Below, one piece after another: positions 13,001-24,510 of a stretch of DNA of 64,000 nt. The position numbers and the translations under genes are program-made. The first letter of the stretch is position 1. Every line of letters starts with the position of its first letter. The notes beneath the pieces are model-generated. The model saw only the letters and a list, made by a program, of their open reading frames with translations. It was not told the origin of the DNA and did not search any database. The stretch covers positions 1 to 64,000 of the forward strand of contig JYFJ02001466.1 in assembly GCA_000934665.2 (NCBI GenBank). Reading direction: 5' to 3'. The stretch comes from Catajapyx aquilonaris (Eukaryota).

Positions 13001-16000
13001 CCCCAGGATGGCCGTGCGACCGTCGCAGCCACCGCCGCCTCCTCCGACGGCGACGGCGACGGACGTCGTCAACCACTTGTCATCAGACGGGCTCAACCAC
13101 AAGGTCACAAACGGTGACCACCACCACGCCCACGGTGACCTACTGGACGGTGCACCGACGCCGAGGATCTGCACACGACGATGGGATCCGGTAAGGATTG
13201 TTCACCCTAGCAAAACCCATGCTCCAGCAACTGGGTCAAGGTCGTTTTTGCACGTGCTTGAAAATGTGTAATTGCGCGCAGAAATGTTGCGCAAAGTACT
13301 GTCGTGATTCACCTTCGACATACAGTTGCGGAAAAAAGTATGGTCGAATGAATTCAGCCGTTTTTGAAGTTTTTTTTCTAATGGCTCAGGTGGTGTTTAC
13401 TATTTTTTTATTTTATTTTATCAGGTGTGTAAATACGCGTGAAGGTTGCGCCTGCTTCGTATTTCTTCCGGGTTTTGTACCACTGTTAAACGCGGCGTTG
13501 ATGATGATGGCACCGCATACCGCAGGTTGTTTACTCCAGCAACCGTATTGTAATGCACATTGCTAATTAGAACGTGAATTGCTGATTGTCATGCACAATA
13601 AATAGGACACAGCTGCGTGGTATGTCATCGCCCAGAATCTCACCCATTGTGCATTAAGTGAAAATTGTTGACTCGAGCAACCCGTTGCCAACAGTGCAAC
13701 GGCCTTTGCAATATGCTTGTTATAAATATTAGATGATTTCACTGCAAAATGTGTATATCAACAGGTGAATCAGGAGCATGTTGGGTTGCATATGGGGTCA
13801 GGATAATGTCCGTTTTTATCCAGGAAGTTTTAACCTATTTTGCATAATTGGAGGAAGTATGGAGGGCACATGCAAGGAGGGCGGGGGAGGAAGTTGCTTC
13901 ATCTAATTGTTACAGGGAAGTATGGGAAGAGACGCCTACACATGGAAAATTCAGTTGGGTCAACAGTTGCATGGATGTGACATGATGATAGTGTAATACA
14001 GCACTCTTTGTCATTTCCAGACCAAGCTTCTGTCAATGTTGTATCACGTCCCGGAGGTGAAGGTGGGGAGCAACCCAGATGTGTCCAGCACCTATGTTAA
14101 CATGGAGGGTTACTTAGATGTGCTGCCGGCTGGACGCAAGAAAGCCACCTACTGGAATGCCTGGAAGAGGCGGTATGTACGTGCCAGGGATGGTGTCCTG
14201 CGTGCGTATGACTCTGCGGCTGATGCAATGGCTGCGGATGAGTCAGAAGATGCTGAAGAGCCGCCGGTGTCCATGTGGTTGTCTGGAGGGAACGTGGATG
14301 TGAGTGAGGCCACCACGCTGACCAACGGTGATGGAGGAATGGTGGGAAGGGACAGGCAGCCACTAATGAGTTGCATCCTCGGGGTGGATGATGGCCGAGG
14401 AAGATATCTGACTCTGAGGACACCTAGCAGACAGGAGTGCGAGAGGTGGCGAAGAGCACTGTTGACTCACACGGTGGAGAAGTGTGATGCACATCTGGTG
14501 CGGCCATGGCCACTGCCAAGGGAGCCGGAGCTGTTCAGGCCTGCAGTCATAATTGAGCTCGGGAGCTCCTCCATACGAGCAGGGAGGCTCTGCACACAAC
14601 GTAAGTGCAGGATGGTTTTGCAGATGGCTAGAAATTCCTTACAATATAGAGAGCAATGCATTAGGCAAACTCTTCTACAAGTATAACAACTTGTCAGTGT
14701 TATCGATGACATTAATCTACATCTATAGACAGTACAATTCTACAGTATGAAGTTGTCAACATTTTCACAACCATTTAATTTATTTTTCCAGCGGTCCTCC
14801 CACAGCTGTTCTTCCCATCAGTTGTAGCTGTGGAACGTGAGACATCCAAAATCCACTATGGGGCCTCTGCCCTCCTCCCGCACATTCGATCCTCCTCCAC
14901 CTTACACTATCCCCTCCGCCCATCGGAAAAGATCTCAAAGTTTGCCCTTGAAACCTCCCATCTGCATGGACTCTTCACCCACATTATCCAGTCACTCAAT
15001 GTCCACCAACCATCTGAGATGGGAGTCCTCTTAGTACTGCCACGTCGCTTCCCCAATGCCACGCTGTCCCTCCTGGCTGCCATCCTTCTGGAGGAGCTTG
15101 GTTGCAGGTGGCTGGCAGTCTGCAGGCAAAGTGTGCTGGTGCTGTATGCCTATGGAGCCACTACTGGAGTTGTGGTCGACATAGGGGAGCGCACTGATGT
15201 AATCTCAGTGTCCGAGGGATACCAGACGTATGGCAGTGACACCCGGATGCCATGTGGTGGGAGGGTCTTGCAAGAACAACTGCGTCCAGCATTGGCACAA
15301 AGGCAACGAGTCGGGATCACTGGTGAGATGGAGGCGCTGCTGCTGAGGTTAGCTGCGGAGAGCCTGTGCTATGTGGCCAGGGATTACAAGGATGAGCTGA
15401 GGACAGCTGCTGAGGAGCCAGGCTTCTGCGAGGGCAGCGTGCAGCTCAGGGAGTTCTTTTCTGAAGAGGAATGTCCTTGGGAGTAAGTACCTCCCTTTTC
15501 ATGACACCTTTTGCACTTTTAAGGCCTCATGAAAGACATAAAATACTAATGTTATGACCGTGCATTTTGGTGTCATCTTCCCACTGCTGTACTTCACAAC
15601 AGACATGAGATACTCTGTAAAAGTCAGGGCAACAGCTATAAGTGATGTGTTTTATCATTTTGCATTGCTTAGCAGTAGAAATATAACCACACGTATGAGA
15701 GGTATAAAATATTTTGTAGAAACATAATATATCATCCTCGTTGTAAATGTTACGTATGTTACACATCAAGCATATTTTGATGCATCAGAGCCTAGATCTA
15801 AACTACACCTTGCTCTCTTCCTCTCCCTTATGCAGTTTGGAAGAAATCCCAGAGTAAGTACTGATTTTCATAAGTGTTTGTCCAAACATATATTCGTTCC
15901 GGCTGTCCTCCAAGCAGACTGCAATCAGAATACATTATTTATATGCTACACGTGGCCATTCTTGCTTACCCCATGATTTCCAAAAATATTGCTGCATTTA

Positions 16001-16468
16001 CACCAGCTAAAAAGCTGCAATCAAAAATGTCGTATGGTTACACTGAAGTAAAAACTAAATAATGTGTTTCTTTGCAGTGAATTAACGTTGGACACTGGCA
16101 GATTCCAAGCTCCGGAGGGTCTGTTCCAGCCAAGTTTATGGGGCTTGGACCAACCAGGACTCCACCGTTTGGTCCACTCGGCCATCCAAGAATCGGGACT
16201 GGACCTCCGCCGTGAAATGGCCCGAAGCGTGTTCCTGTCTGGTGGTCTCTCCCTCATCCCCGGATTGGCTGAGAGGCTGCAAGACGAGCTCACCCTCCTG
16301 CTACCCCCTGCCGTTTCCCCAAGGGTTCATGCCTCTCCATTCAGATACCATGCAGCCTTCCTTGGGGCTACACAACTCGCCAACCAGACCCAATTCAGGC
16401 AAATTCAGGTCTCCAGGAATGAATGGAAATCAAACAGTAACAATGCAATTGCTCGCTGGAATCTGTAA
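2578..16468 (+). CDS. Long-isoform model of a PH-domain plus C-terminal actin-like-domain protein (~1170 aa) with a helical N-terminus and a long disordered region
   Basis: Phase-consistent exon chain 2578-2595, 4039-4326, 7184-7309, 7785-8424, 8881-8988, 9081-9176 (weak acceptor), 11007-11198, 12742-12848 (GC donor), 12909-13190, 14021-14600, 14792-15482, 16078-16468, totalling 3519 nt in one open frame. Linkage of the exons upstream of 7184 is inferred from phase and the FLQHQ|KQQQQQQH junction only. Confidence 0.6.
3971..4037 (+). repeat. (TTA)n microsatellite, ~22 units
   Basis: Directly visible; runs into the AG acceptor at 4037-4038. Confidence 0.97.
10684..10730 (+). promoter_or_regulatory. 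Candidate internal promoter of the PH-actin gene (GGAAGTGACG motif plus TCAGTC initiator)
   Basis: TCAGTC matches the arthropod Inr consensus TCAKTY and lies about 30 nt upstream of the ATG at 10756. These are short motifs and could occur by chance. Confidence 0.4.
10756..10834 (+). CDS. Putative alternative first exon of the PH-actin gene encoding a hydrophobic signal/membrane anchor (MLGFLDWILLVLVLSVVFLGVSRIWQ)
   Basis: ATG in ccaagATG context, 26 codons plus 1 nt, CAGG|gtaacg donor. Phase 1 matches exon 11007. TCAGTC Inr-like motif at 10725-10730. Confidence 0.65.
11258..11325 (+). repeat. Short tandem repeat, ~21-bp unit (gtgcataaaaatattcactag), ~3.3 copies, intronic
   Basis: gtgcataaaaatattcactag / gtgcatgaaattattcactag / gtgcataaaatatttcaag / gtgcataa. 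Confidence 0.8.
14021..16468 (+). CDS. Core PH domain plus actin-related (Arp-like) domain exons of the same gene
   Basis: PH: MEGYLDVL...WKRRYVRARDGVLRAY...YLTLRTPSRQECERWRRAL. Actin fold: AVIIELGSSSIRAG...PQLFFPSVVA; RQSVLVLYAYGATTGVVVDIGE; ESLCYVA; GRFQAPEGLFQPSLWGLDQPGLHRLV; VFLSGGLSLIPGLAERLQDEL; RYHAAFLGATQLA. PH and actin start lie in the same exon (14021-14600). AATAAA overlaps the stop codon (16467-16472). Confidence 0.92.
15836..15853 (+). CDS. Putative 18-nt frame-preserving microexon (adds six residues, LEEIPD) within the actin domain
   Basis: Long pyrimidine tract with TGC motifs (ccttgctctcttcctctcccttatgcag), perfect gtaagt donor, phase 2-2 matching the flanking exons, no stop. 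Confidence 0.65.
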
Positions 16469-17394
16469 TAAAAAGGGTAAAAAAATGACTTAAACTTCTT
16501 AGGGTTGCTCAAAATGTAGGACGAATCAAAGAATTGAAATTCAGATTGTAGTTTACAGAGCAGCGCTATTCTGCATGTTAATGTAGCATGTGTGTGCAGA
16601 GAGTTTTAACTTAATAACCCACAGCATTGTTGTATATACTGATTCTCTGACTACAATGTTGCAAGCTAAGATTTTAAAACTCTATTTAGTGGTCTGTAAG
16701 CTGCAAAAAAATATTTTCTGCATGAATAATGAAGCACAATTTTACCTTGTCTCAATCCCAACAAATGTCAAATCTTGACTGATCCCCTGCAATAACAATG
16801 ATTCTGGAGGACTGTGATAGTGTGTAAGCTGGAGAGAAAATTTACTTTGCCACCATAGTTTCCTGAAAAATAAAAAAGAGTGTGTTATGTAACAACGAAT
16901 TAATTATTTGACTGCATTTCAGGTTGTGTTTACATGTGAGCAGTTGATCAGCAATGAGCATCGTTGAGCGATGGAACCAATTGTTTGGGGCGAAAGTGAC
17001 AATAATTGTGGTAACTATTCCGGTCCGTTCCAAACAATTGGTTTCATTGCTGGGCGAATCTCTCACATGTAAACGCAGCCAACGGGTCTACCTCTATGTA
17101 GCATTCCTATCCTCCAAATCTGGTTCTGGAAGAGAGGTCAAAGTTCAACTGGGCTGCACTTAGGATCCACCGCAGGTAAAGAAAGTCAATAGACCGGCGT
17201 AAATAATTTATGCAACACCTACCCCTGAATCAAAGGGGCAAACAAAAATATATGTCAACAATGCAATTCCCTTCCCAGGGAATTGGACTGCAACAATTGA
17301 TCTGAGCACTAGCACTATACAACAGAATTATCAGAGTCGTTACAATTTTGCGTGTCCGTTAATCGAGTTGTCGGGATCTACATTTTCGGTTCAT

Positions 17395-17922
17395 CTACTG
17401 TCTCTGCGATTCTCTTCTTCCTTCCTCCTTGCCCTTATTTTCAGGCCCTTGCACATTATCTTTGAGCTGAATTTCTTGATCAAGTCTCTCCTTTGCACGT
17501 ACCACCTTCGACTGCAGGTAAAACGACCCTCCCTTCGCCTTGTCATTGACACCGAACAGGTGGTCAAAGCTCTTCTGAACCGTTTCTTTCTCAAGGCCAT
17601 CCACATTCAGAATCTTCTGCGCCTCCTCCACTGATATGCCTGTCCGCGCATTGGCAGCGGCACGTTGGGCTCCAGCTTGCCCACCGCCACCTCTTCTGGC
17701 AGCTTCCTGACCAGCAGCAAACTCCTGGTGGGTGACACATCATTAGAACTCGTCACATTAATTAGGTGACTTAATTAGCCTGACAAAATAGCCAGATTGA
17801 TGATCATTATGATGATGAAATTTAGGCCATGCGGCCAGCAATACCTGCTTAAGTGCTCTGGCGAAGGCTCTTCCTAGGACCTGGGTCCCGGTGATGATGA
17901 TCTGGACCAGGTAGCGGGCCAT
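17395..17922 (-). CDS. PAM16: Mitochondrial import motor subunit PAM16/Tim16 (Magmas), 135 aa, two exons
   Basis: Exons 17922-17845 and 17724-17395 encode MARYLVQIIITGTQVLGRAFARALKQ|EFAA...GISVEEAQKILNV...FDHLFGVNDKAKGGSFYLQSKVVRAKERLDQE, the hallmark J-like domain of PAM16. Confidence 0.97.
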
Positions 17923-18010
17923 CCGGAGCTCAGGTCACCTTCTGCGTCTCCTCCGAGTCCTCAACGCGCCTCAATGTGACCGAAAAACACGTTGAAGAAG
18001 ACCACAGGCC

Positions 18011-18080
18011 GCGGCCATCTTGACTCAAGGCAATCAGGGTTGCCAGATGCACAGAGTGACGTCACGAGCAGGGTTGCCAG
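18011..18080 (-). promoter_or_regulatory. Candidate PAM16 promoter: YY1-like motif, CRE and two CTGGCAACCCTG copies
   Basis: CAAGATGGCCGC (minus strand, 18011-18022); cagggttgccag at 18035-18046 and 18069-18080; TGACGTCA at 18057-18064. All lie about 90-160 bp upstream of the ATG. Confidence 0.55.
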
Positions 18081-18436
18081 GTCGAACGCGCCACGTTCAC
18101 ATAAGAGTGGCAATCACACAGTGTGATTCGAGTAGACTTTTTCTCATTGGGTAGTGGGAAATGAGGCTGACAAACACGATTCGATACCGCACGATGCGAT
18201 GCGATTCTAATAGGACAACAATGACGTTGATTGTTGTCGGTCTCATTTCCGGTTGCCTGTGATCTTGGCGGATATAAGTGAACCTGGATAACCGGAAATG
18301 GTGGGTCACCGGAGGTTCACCATGAGACCTATTTAGAGTCCGCTGAATCCGAATCCGAAAACAGTTTGTCTCTATCGCTTGCGGTTTAGGTCCTGATACC
18401 TGTCCACGGACAGACAGACAGACAGTTGTCGTTCTA

Positions 18437-18541
18437 CAGGATGACCCTAAAGTCAGGACACATAGGTAATTGAATTGTATTGTTGATTGACAATAAAATA
18501 TCATCCAATTACCTAAGTGTCCAGACTTTAGGGTCACCCTG
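18437..18541. mobile_element. Tc1/mariner-type MITE (105 bp)
   Basis: About 39-bp imperfect TIRs (caggatgaccctaaagtcaggacacataggtaattg vs reverse complement cagggtgaccctaaagtctggacacttaggtaattg), flanked by TA on both sides. Confidence 0.8.
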
Positions 18542-21343
18542 TACATGTCGCTTTAAATGAGAAAAAGTATATAACAGCAGCACCCAAAGCTGCTGAAAAA
18601 TGAACTAACCACATAATGCATAATGTAATGCACCTCAATTAATAAAATGGTAAATTGATATTATGACACTTTTAATGACCACACAATGCCTGTAGTGGGA
18701 ATGGAAAGAACATCTTAATGTAAACACGTACTTTACACAACATCGATTTAGAAAGTAAGCTACTCGTTTAAAATTTTCCAACCACCCATTACGATAGAAA
18801 ATATTTCTAAACCAGTAACAATGTGTTATCATTTTTTTTTCTTCTTGTTTTCTTAGGAATCATATGGGTTGGTTACAATGTACATACACTGGCCATACGT
18901 ACAACTCTTTTAGCGCCATAAGTTTATAGAAAAAAGTTTTTTTTTTTGGAACTTTAAACCAGTTTGCTGAAAACAGCGGAGGAAGTCATGAGCACTAATT
19001 ACAAATTTTTAAAAATCACAGTTAGAACCGTCAGGAATTTAGGTAGTACCGTATCATGCACACACAGTCTATTATTCCTATTGTAATGAAAATGTTAATG
19101 GATATTGTGTAATACATAGAAAGAGTCAAGACAATGTGAGTTTAGAAACAACCATAAAGAAGAGCATGTAAACTATTTCCTGCCTTGTGGTTACGACTGA
19201 CTGAAACAGTGAAAACTGACAAAGCATTTCTATGTCGATTAACCTCTACCCTTCTCCAATCCAAAGAGACCAAGAAATTACCTCACATGGTAGGATGGGC
19301 AAGGTAAACCCAGCGAAAAAAAAAAAAAAATCCACCATACCCAATTCCCCAGCAGTTACCATACTAAAACTGTTCACATGCGCTGCTTACATGTCAGCAA
19401 CAACTCATTAATCCTGAACAAAAGTAGCATAAGCAAAAGTGTACATGCAGGCAGAGAATGGTATTAATGTCCTTGTCCGTTCACTTTTCCATCTCCATTG
19501 ATTGTAATTACACTGATCAGTGATACCCCTAAGCTCAAAAGTTCACTAATTCCATCCCAAAGCAAAACATTTGACGATTTGTACTTAAAAATACAGGCAG
19601 TTACATGTAACACAATCAAATAGGTAAGTCAAATCACCCAGCTTTCAAACTATATCCTGATTAAGATTCATGTCCTCTTTGCTCACTGCATTCATACTCT
19701 CACAACTCTCTGTTTGTTTTCACACATTCTCATTTGAACCAGTTCACATTCACATCGTAATACATTGACTAATCGGGCTGCAGACCATGAAATGTATCCA
19801 TCTGCGTCTCAATTAGCCTTGGGATGAATTGGGGTAATAAATAGCTGAATGAAGAGAAGGTGGAGTGGCAGAATGGTAATGCTCATGCCCGCTGCAAAAA
19901 GGGTCCCAGGCTCCTTCAGTCCCAGTACCCGGGTGTAACAGAAAGGTCACATGCTTGCACATCTAAGAAAATTCAGGTATCGTGCCAGATGCCCAATACA
20001 GGCAGTGCACTAACCCAATTTTTAAATAATAAAGGGCAACAAATAAAGGGTCAAATTAAGCCATGCAACAATAGGCAGATGTCAAAATCTCCTACAACTG
20101 CAGAACAACTTAACACCAAAAAGATGTCGAAACAAGTTTTGCCTTGGGATAGGAGAAAGCAAGATAATGATTGTGAGATGGAGTGACACCCGTTGAGTGT
20201 ATATCCAGACAGCATCCAGTTATTTAATGTGATGGTTACCCATTTTTCAGTGGTCAGTGTTGATACCTTACTAACCAAATGCAATAGATCATGAAGCAAT
20301 TTCCAGAAATATGCTGTATACACATCGAGACATATTGAACTTTTTTGGAGAAAAAAATTATTACGCGATCACTCATCTCCAACTGAAGACGGTGAAAACA
20401 ATTATTGTGACAAGACCCCTTGAGTGCAGAGAGAATGAGTTGTAGTGACATCATGATGAACTCTATTAGCACCAGTACTCCAACACCAGAAGTGAGCCTA
20501 TGTTCCAAGTGTTTACACATGGCACTCCAAAAGCAATAAATTGCCTTACATTAATACATTCAGTAGACAGTACTGATGCTCAGACAATTTCTTGTGACCA
20601 AATATAATCTCAAGTTATTGGGGACATCCGCGTAACATATTTTCTGAATAATTTAAATCTTATTTGTTAGAGGTGTGCAAGTAAGGCCATCCAAATAGCT
20701 TGCCATGTATCTCACATGCACAACAGCTTAATGCAATTCAGCAGCAACAGTAGGTGAACCAGGATTCGTTTCAAATGTGACAATTATGCGCTGCGGTATA
20801 ATAAATTATTTCCCAGAAAGTCTTTCTCAATATTCTTTGCTATTGAAAAAAGTTATTATTGACGTGAAATACAAAACAGCTCTTTACACTGTGACACAAT
20901 TGAAGGGCCTTTTTTTCTTGGAAATTTGACCCACACTAAGAAGATAATACACAGTATATATCATGTGCCAGAAATAAAACTAAATACCTCTTTATCATAC
21001 TAAAAATAACAGAAGTCAATTTCTGCTTCCTAAAGCCTTTTAAAATCACATCCATCCCTTGAGGGTTTCAACCACATTCAGACCTGCTTTTAAGCCATAA
21101 TTACACATGGACACAATATTCCCTGCCCCTGAAGTAGAAATATCAGCATGTTTCACAATTAAGATGACATATGTATAGGCTAATTTTGTAACAGACCCTC
21201 CTGAGTAAAGCTGCACAGCACATTTTAGTCACCCAGATGAACCCATTATTGCTCTTTCCCTTTAGTATTTTTTCTTTCCTCCTTTCTTCCCCCACTCATG
21301 GCGACAGAAAGACCAGTGAGCATACATGACATTTCAACCAATG

Positions 21344-21589
21344 ATAATAATGGATACTCCGTGAGAAGCCTCCTTGGCCTCTGTATGGGATCATCTTTTA
21401 ATTGCCTTTGCTGTAATGGATTTTGATAGTGGGAGGAAACGGGAGAACCCAGAGAAAACCCACGCGAACACAGAGAGAACCCATCGAAACTCTATCCACA
21501 TGAGTATCCTCTGTCCGATCCGGGGATCGAACTCGGGACCTTAGAGGTGGAAGGCTGTGGTGCTAACCACTCCGCCACCATGCCGCCCT
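21344..21589 (-). mobile_element. tRNA-derived SINE with a V-SINE-like core
   Basis: Minus-strand head GGGCGGCATGGTGGCGGAGTGGTTAGC (A box) ...GAGTTCGATCCCCG (B box); core GTGGGTTTTCTCTGGGTTCTCCCGTTTCCTCCCAC; short ATT tail; 15-bp TSD acatttcaaccaatg at 21329-21343 and 21590-21604. Confidence 0.9.
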
Positions 21590-22044
21590 ACATTTCAACC
21601 AATGCATATATAAGCTTAATTCTGAAATAGCTGAGTAACAAGCATTCTATTAGAAAAAGACATTGGATTGGCAATGACCATTGCATTTACCAAATAAGAT
21701 GACAATGGACAAAAGACACATCAATCTGAATATCACATGTGACCACAACTATGTTCTGAAGAGTGTATATTCTTAATAAAGTTAATCCATATCCTGCTTT
21801 TGTACATAGTTAAAACTGCTTTCAGCAGGAAGCAGTGTAGACTAGTGATGATTCATTGAAGGTTATCAAATCACTTGCAACTAGCATGAGGTACAAAACA
21901 ACCCATGACTTTCTGGAAAATAATTAAGATATACCCAGTGCAATGCCTCGGACAGCAAACGTAATTAATCAGCAAGATAAGGGCATCAATGATCCTTCAA
22001 GCATCGATATCCTGCTGGAGTTCCTTCTCTTTCTAGCCATTCTT

Positions 22045-24295
22045 TCACTCTGGTCGCCCATATTCACTGATGCAAACGTCCAGATTGGCCCCCTTGATAT
22101 ACGCCCGTAATTCAATGAGCTCCTGCTGGTTGACCCTCCAGCAGGCCAGGCATCCAACCCAGGTGAGAAGAGGGCAAGTGTCAATAAGCATTCGCACACT
22201 ATCCACAGAAAGCTCCTCTGCCTGCTTCACGCAGAATGTCCGCAGTTTGGGAAAGGGATTCTGTGAGAGTACAGTTCCAAGGTCAGCATCACTCATCTTG
22301 CTGCAGCTGAAGAAGCGAAGTTCCTCCAGGGCAGTGCAGCAGCCCAGGAGGCGCATTAGAGCTGATTTTGGGAGGTCGCATCCCCACAGAAATAGGTGAG
22401 TCAGTTGGGAAAAGTAGTTGATGCAGCGACCAGGGCGGCGTAAAAGAGGGTCATCAGACTGCCATCCAATACTGGTGTCCTGGCACCTGCACAAAAAAGC
22501 ACCCTTACTGCAAATTGCACGACAATGACAGCATTGCATTCATACACACCTGAGTCGCCTCAGTCCTGGACAGGTTGCTCCAACAACAGCCAAATTGAGA
22601 ACACCTCTGGCCAGCTGCATCTCTGCAAAGTTCCTGGCCGCACCATCCAGCTTCAGCGCCTCCACTTTCTTTCCATGCCTGTCCAAATAAGTAGTCAGCC
22701 CATCCCAACTTATAGCCTGAATGGTCAAATCTTTCACTTTGGTTAGAAGATGTAAGCTCCCAAACACTTGAGTCTGTGCAGAATAAAGGCAGAGACGTTC
22801 CAGGTCTGGGCAGATGGCTGCCAGCATCTTTAGTCGCTCCACGTCTGTCTTGGTGTCACATAGGTAGCGTAGGCGAGTGGTGAATGTTGACATTCGTGGC
22901 TGGTCCAGGCTCTCTAGGGCTGCTACTAGAGCTTCACCTGAATACGGGTATGTTGGAAGGGCCTGGAGGTTTGGGCAAGCTTGGATCACAACTGCCAGAA
23001 GGCTTGGTGGCAGGTCACCCTTGTTGACATACTCTGCACCAGTGGAAAAAGTCTCCAACGTATTGCAGCAAGGGTTGCGGGGACGCCGATGTACCGGAGT
23101 GTCGCACGCACGACTTGGCGGGGAGTCCTGGAAACAGAGCTGGAAGATGCCTGCCTCAGTTGGATGGCAAGAGCGACTGACATCCAAGTTTTGGAGAGAA
23201 GGGCAGCTGCGGCCCACAGTTAGTAGGACGGCATCCAGGTCACATTCGACACGGAGGGTCAAGGACATCAGGTTGCGAAGGCGGCCCAAGGTGGTCCGCA
23301 GAAGGGGAATCTCCTGCTCCTTGAACCAAAAGTAGTCCACCTGACATTAAGAAAGAAGCCATTAGAATATCACATTATGTGCATTTCGGGGATAACAATT
23401 ATATATTTTCCACTCTGAAGCATAAGAAAACACATACTGCTGTGCTATGAGACATTTTGAGTGAATTACCTGCAAGCCAATCAGGCCATCCCCATTTTCA
23501 ATCAGATTCAGAAGGAATCCCCTCCTGTAGATGTACGGGTCAGAGGTAAATGTTACATTCTTGATGTGTTTATTCATAAGAAGCTGCAGGGCCCCAAAAT
23601 GCGACGCCATGCAATCATTTCGCAGCAGCCTTTGCAGAAGCTCCTGCAACAGCACAGGAGGAAGGCTCTCCTGCAGCTCTTTCTTCGCTTTGGCCACAGC
23701 ATCACAAGTATCCGCAGTCCTCCATGTCACATTATGACGCCACTCTTCCCTTCCTTCCGGTCTTGGAGAAAGGCTAGAACGAATGGGTGTCATGAAAACA
23801 GCCTGATTGTGCGGCAAGGACTAAGCTATAACCTCCTACTTGCAATGCATTTATCGTCACGAAACAATAGGGCATTAAAATGGCCTGCACCTGAACACAA
23901 AACAGCATTGGTCTGAGACGTTTTCTGCTGGTTTTGCGCTTGTCATTCTAAAGCGTTAAATTATTATAACAGTACGTCACACATTATTTCATACTGTCGA
24001 CATTTACTTTATGTACGTACTGATATGTGCAGTACATGTACCGGTATGTAATCTTGTCAGTGCATGACAGAGTTTGCACTATTCAACGTGGCATGATGAC
24101 AAGTATCGATATTGTGGTTACCCTTCCTTGTTGTCTGGATGGTTGGCGAAGTTGGCAGTGCCACCCTCAATGTCCCTGACCTCCGCTGCATACCCCCCTT
24201 GGCAGAGGCACTCCTGCTGGGTCAGATATGCGACGATCTTCCTCTCCAGGTACTTGAGACAGGCGTTGGTCAGAGAGGGCACCGACACCACGGGA

Positions 24296-24300
<5 letters not shown>
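22045..24300 (-). CDS. Leucine-rich-repeat protein (RNI/FBXL-like repeats, ~571 aa) with N-terminal BC-box-like and cullin-box-like motifs; putative cullin-RING ligase substrate receptor
   Basis: Exons 24300-24122, 23773-23470, 23340-22550, 22486-22045 (1716 nt, in frame; the exon 2 acceptor is the least certain). Cys-containing LRRs: CPSLQNLDV, CPNLQAL, CPDLERLCL, CPGLRRL, CTALEELRF, CPLLTWVG. VPSLTNACLKYL and LPPVLLQELL motifs. Confidence 0.82.

Positions 24301-24333
<33 letters not shown>
24301..24333. repeat. (CT/GA)n microsatellite directly abutting the LRR-gene start codon
   Basis: Visible; the minus strand reads (GA)nG-ATGGCT. Confidence 0.95.
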
Positions 24334-24335
<2 letters not shown>

Positions 24336-24510
24336 GGCAACGGGAACAACTTGCGGGCTGGTCACCGGTTCTTCTAGTCCTGCGGGCCGACACGGGGCGG
24401 GCCCCTGGGCGCTCGGAGCGGGCGAGGGAAGAGCCAGAGACCTCTCTCTCTCTCCTTCTCTTCGCTGCTCCTCCTTCCTGGTCTATTATTTTTTGCGCAC
24501 TGCTCAATGC

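Noticed and set aside
23833..23890. Small candidate extra exon in LRR-gene intron 1
   Set aside because: It needs a phase-1 upstream donor; the clear exon-1 donor is phase 2 and gives an immediate stop.
22877..23916. Long antisense ORFs over the LRR gene (and similar ones over KIAA2013 and patched exons)
   Set aside because: Shadow ORFs of real coding sequence with no independent protein features.
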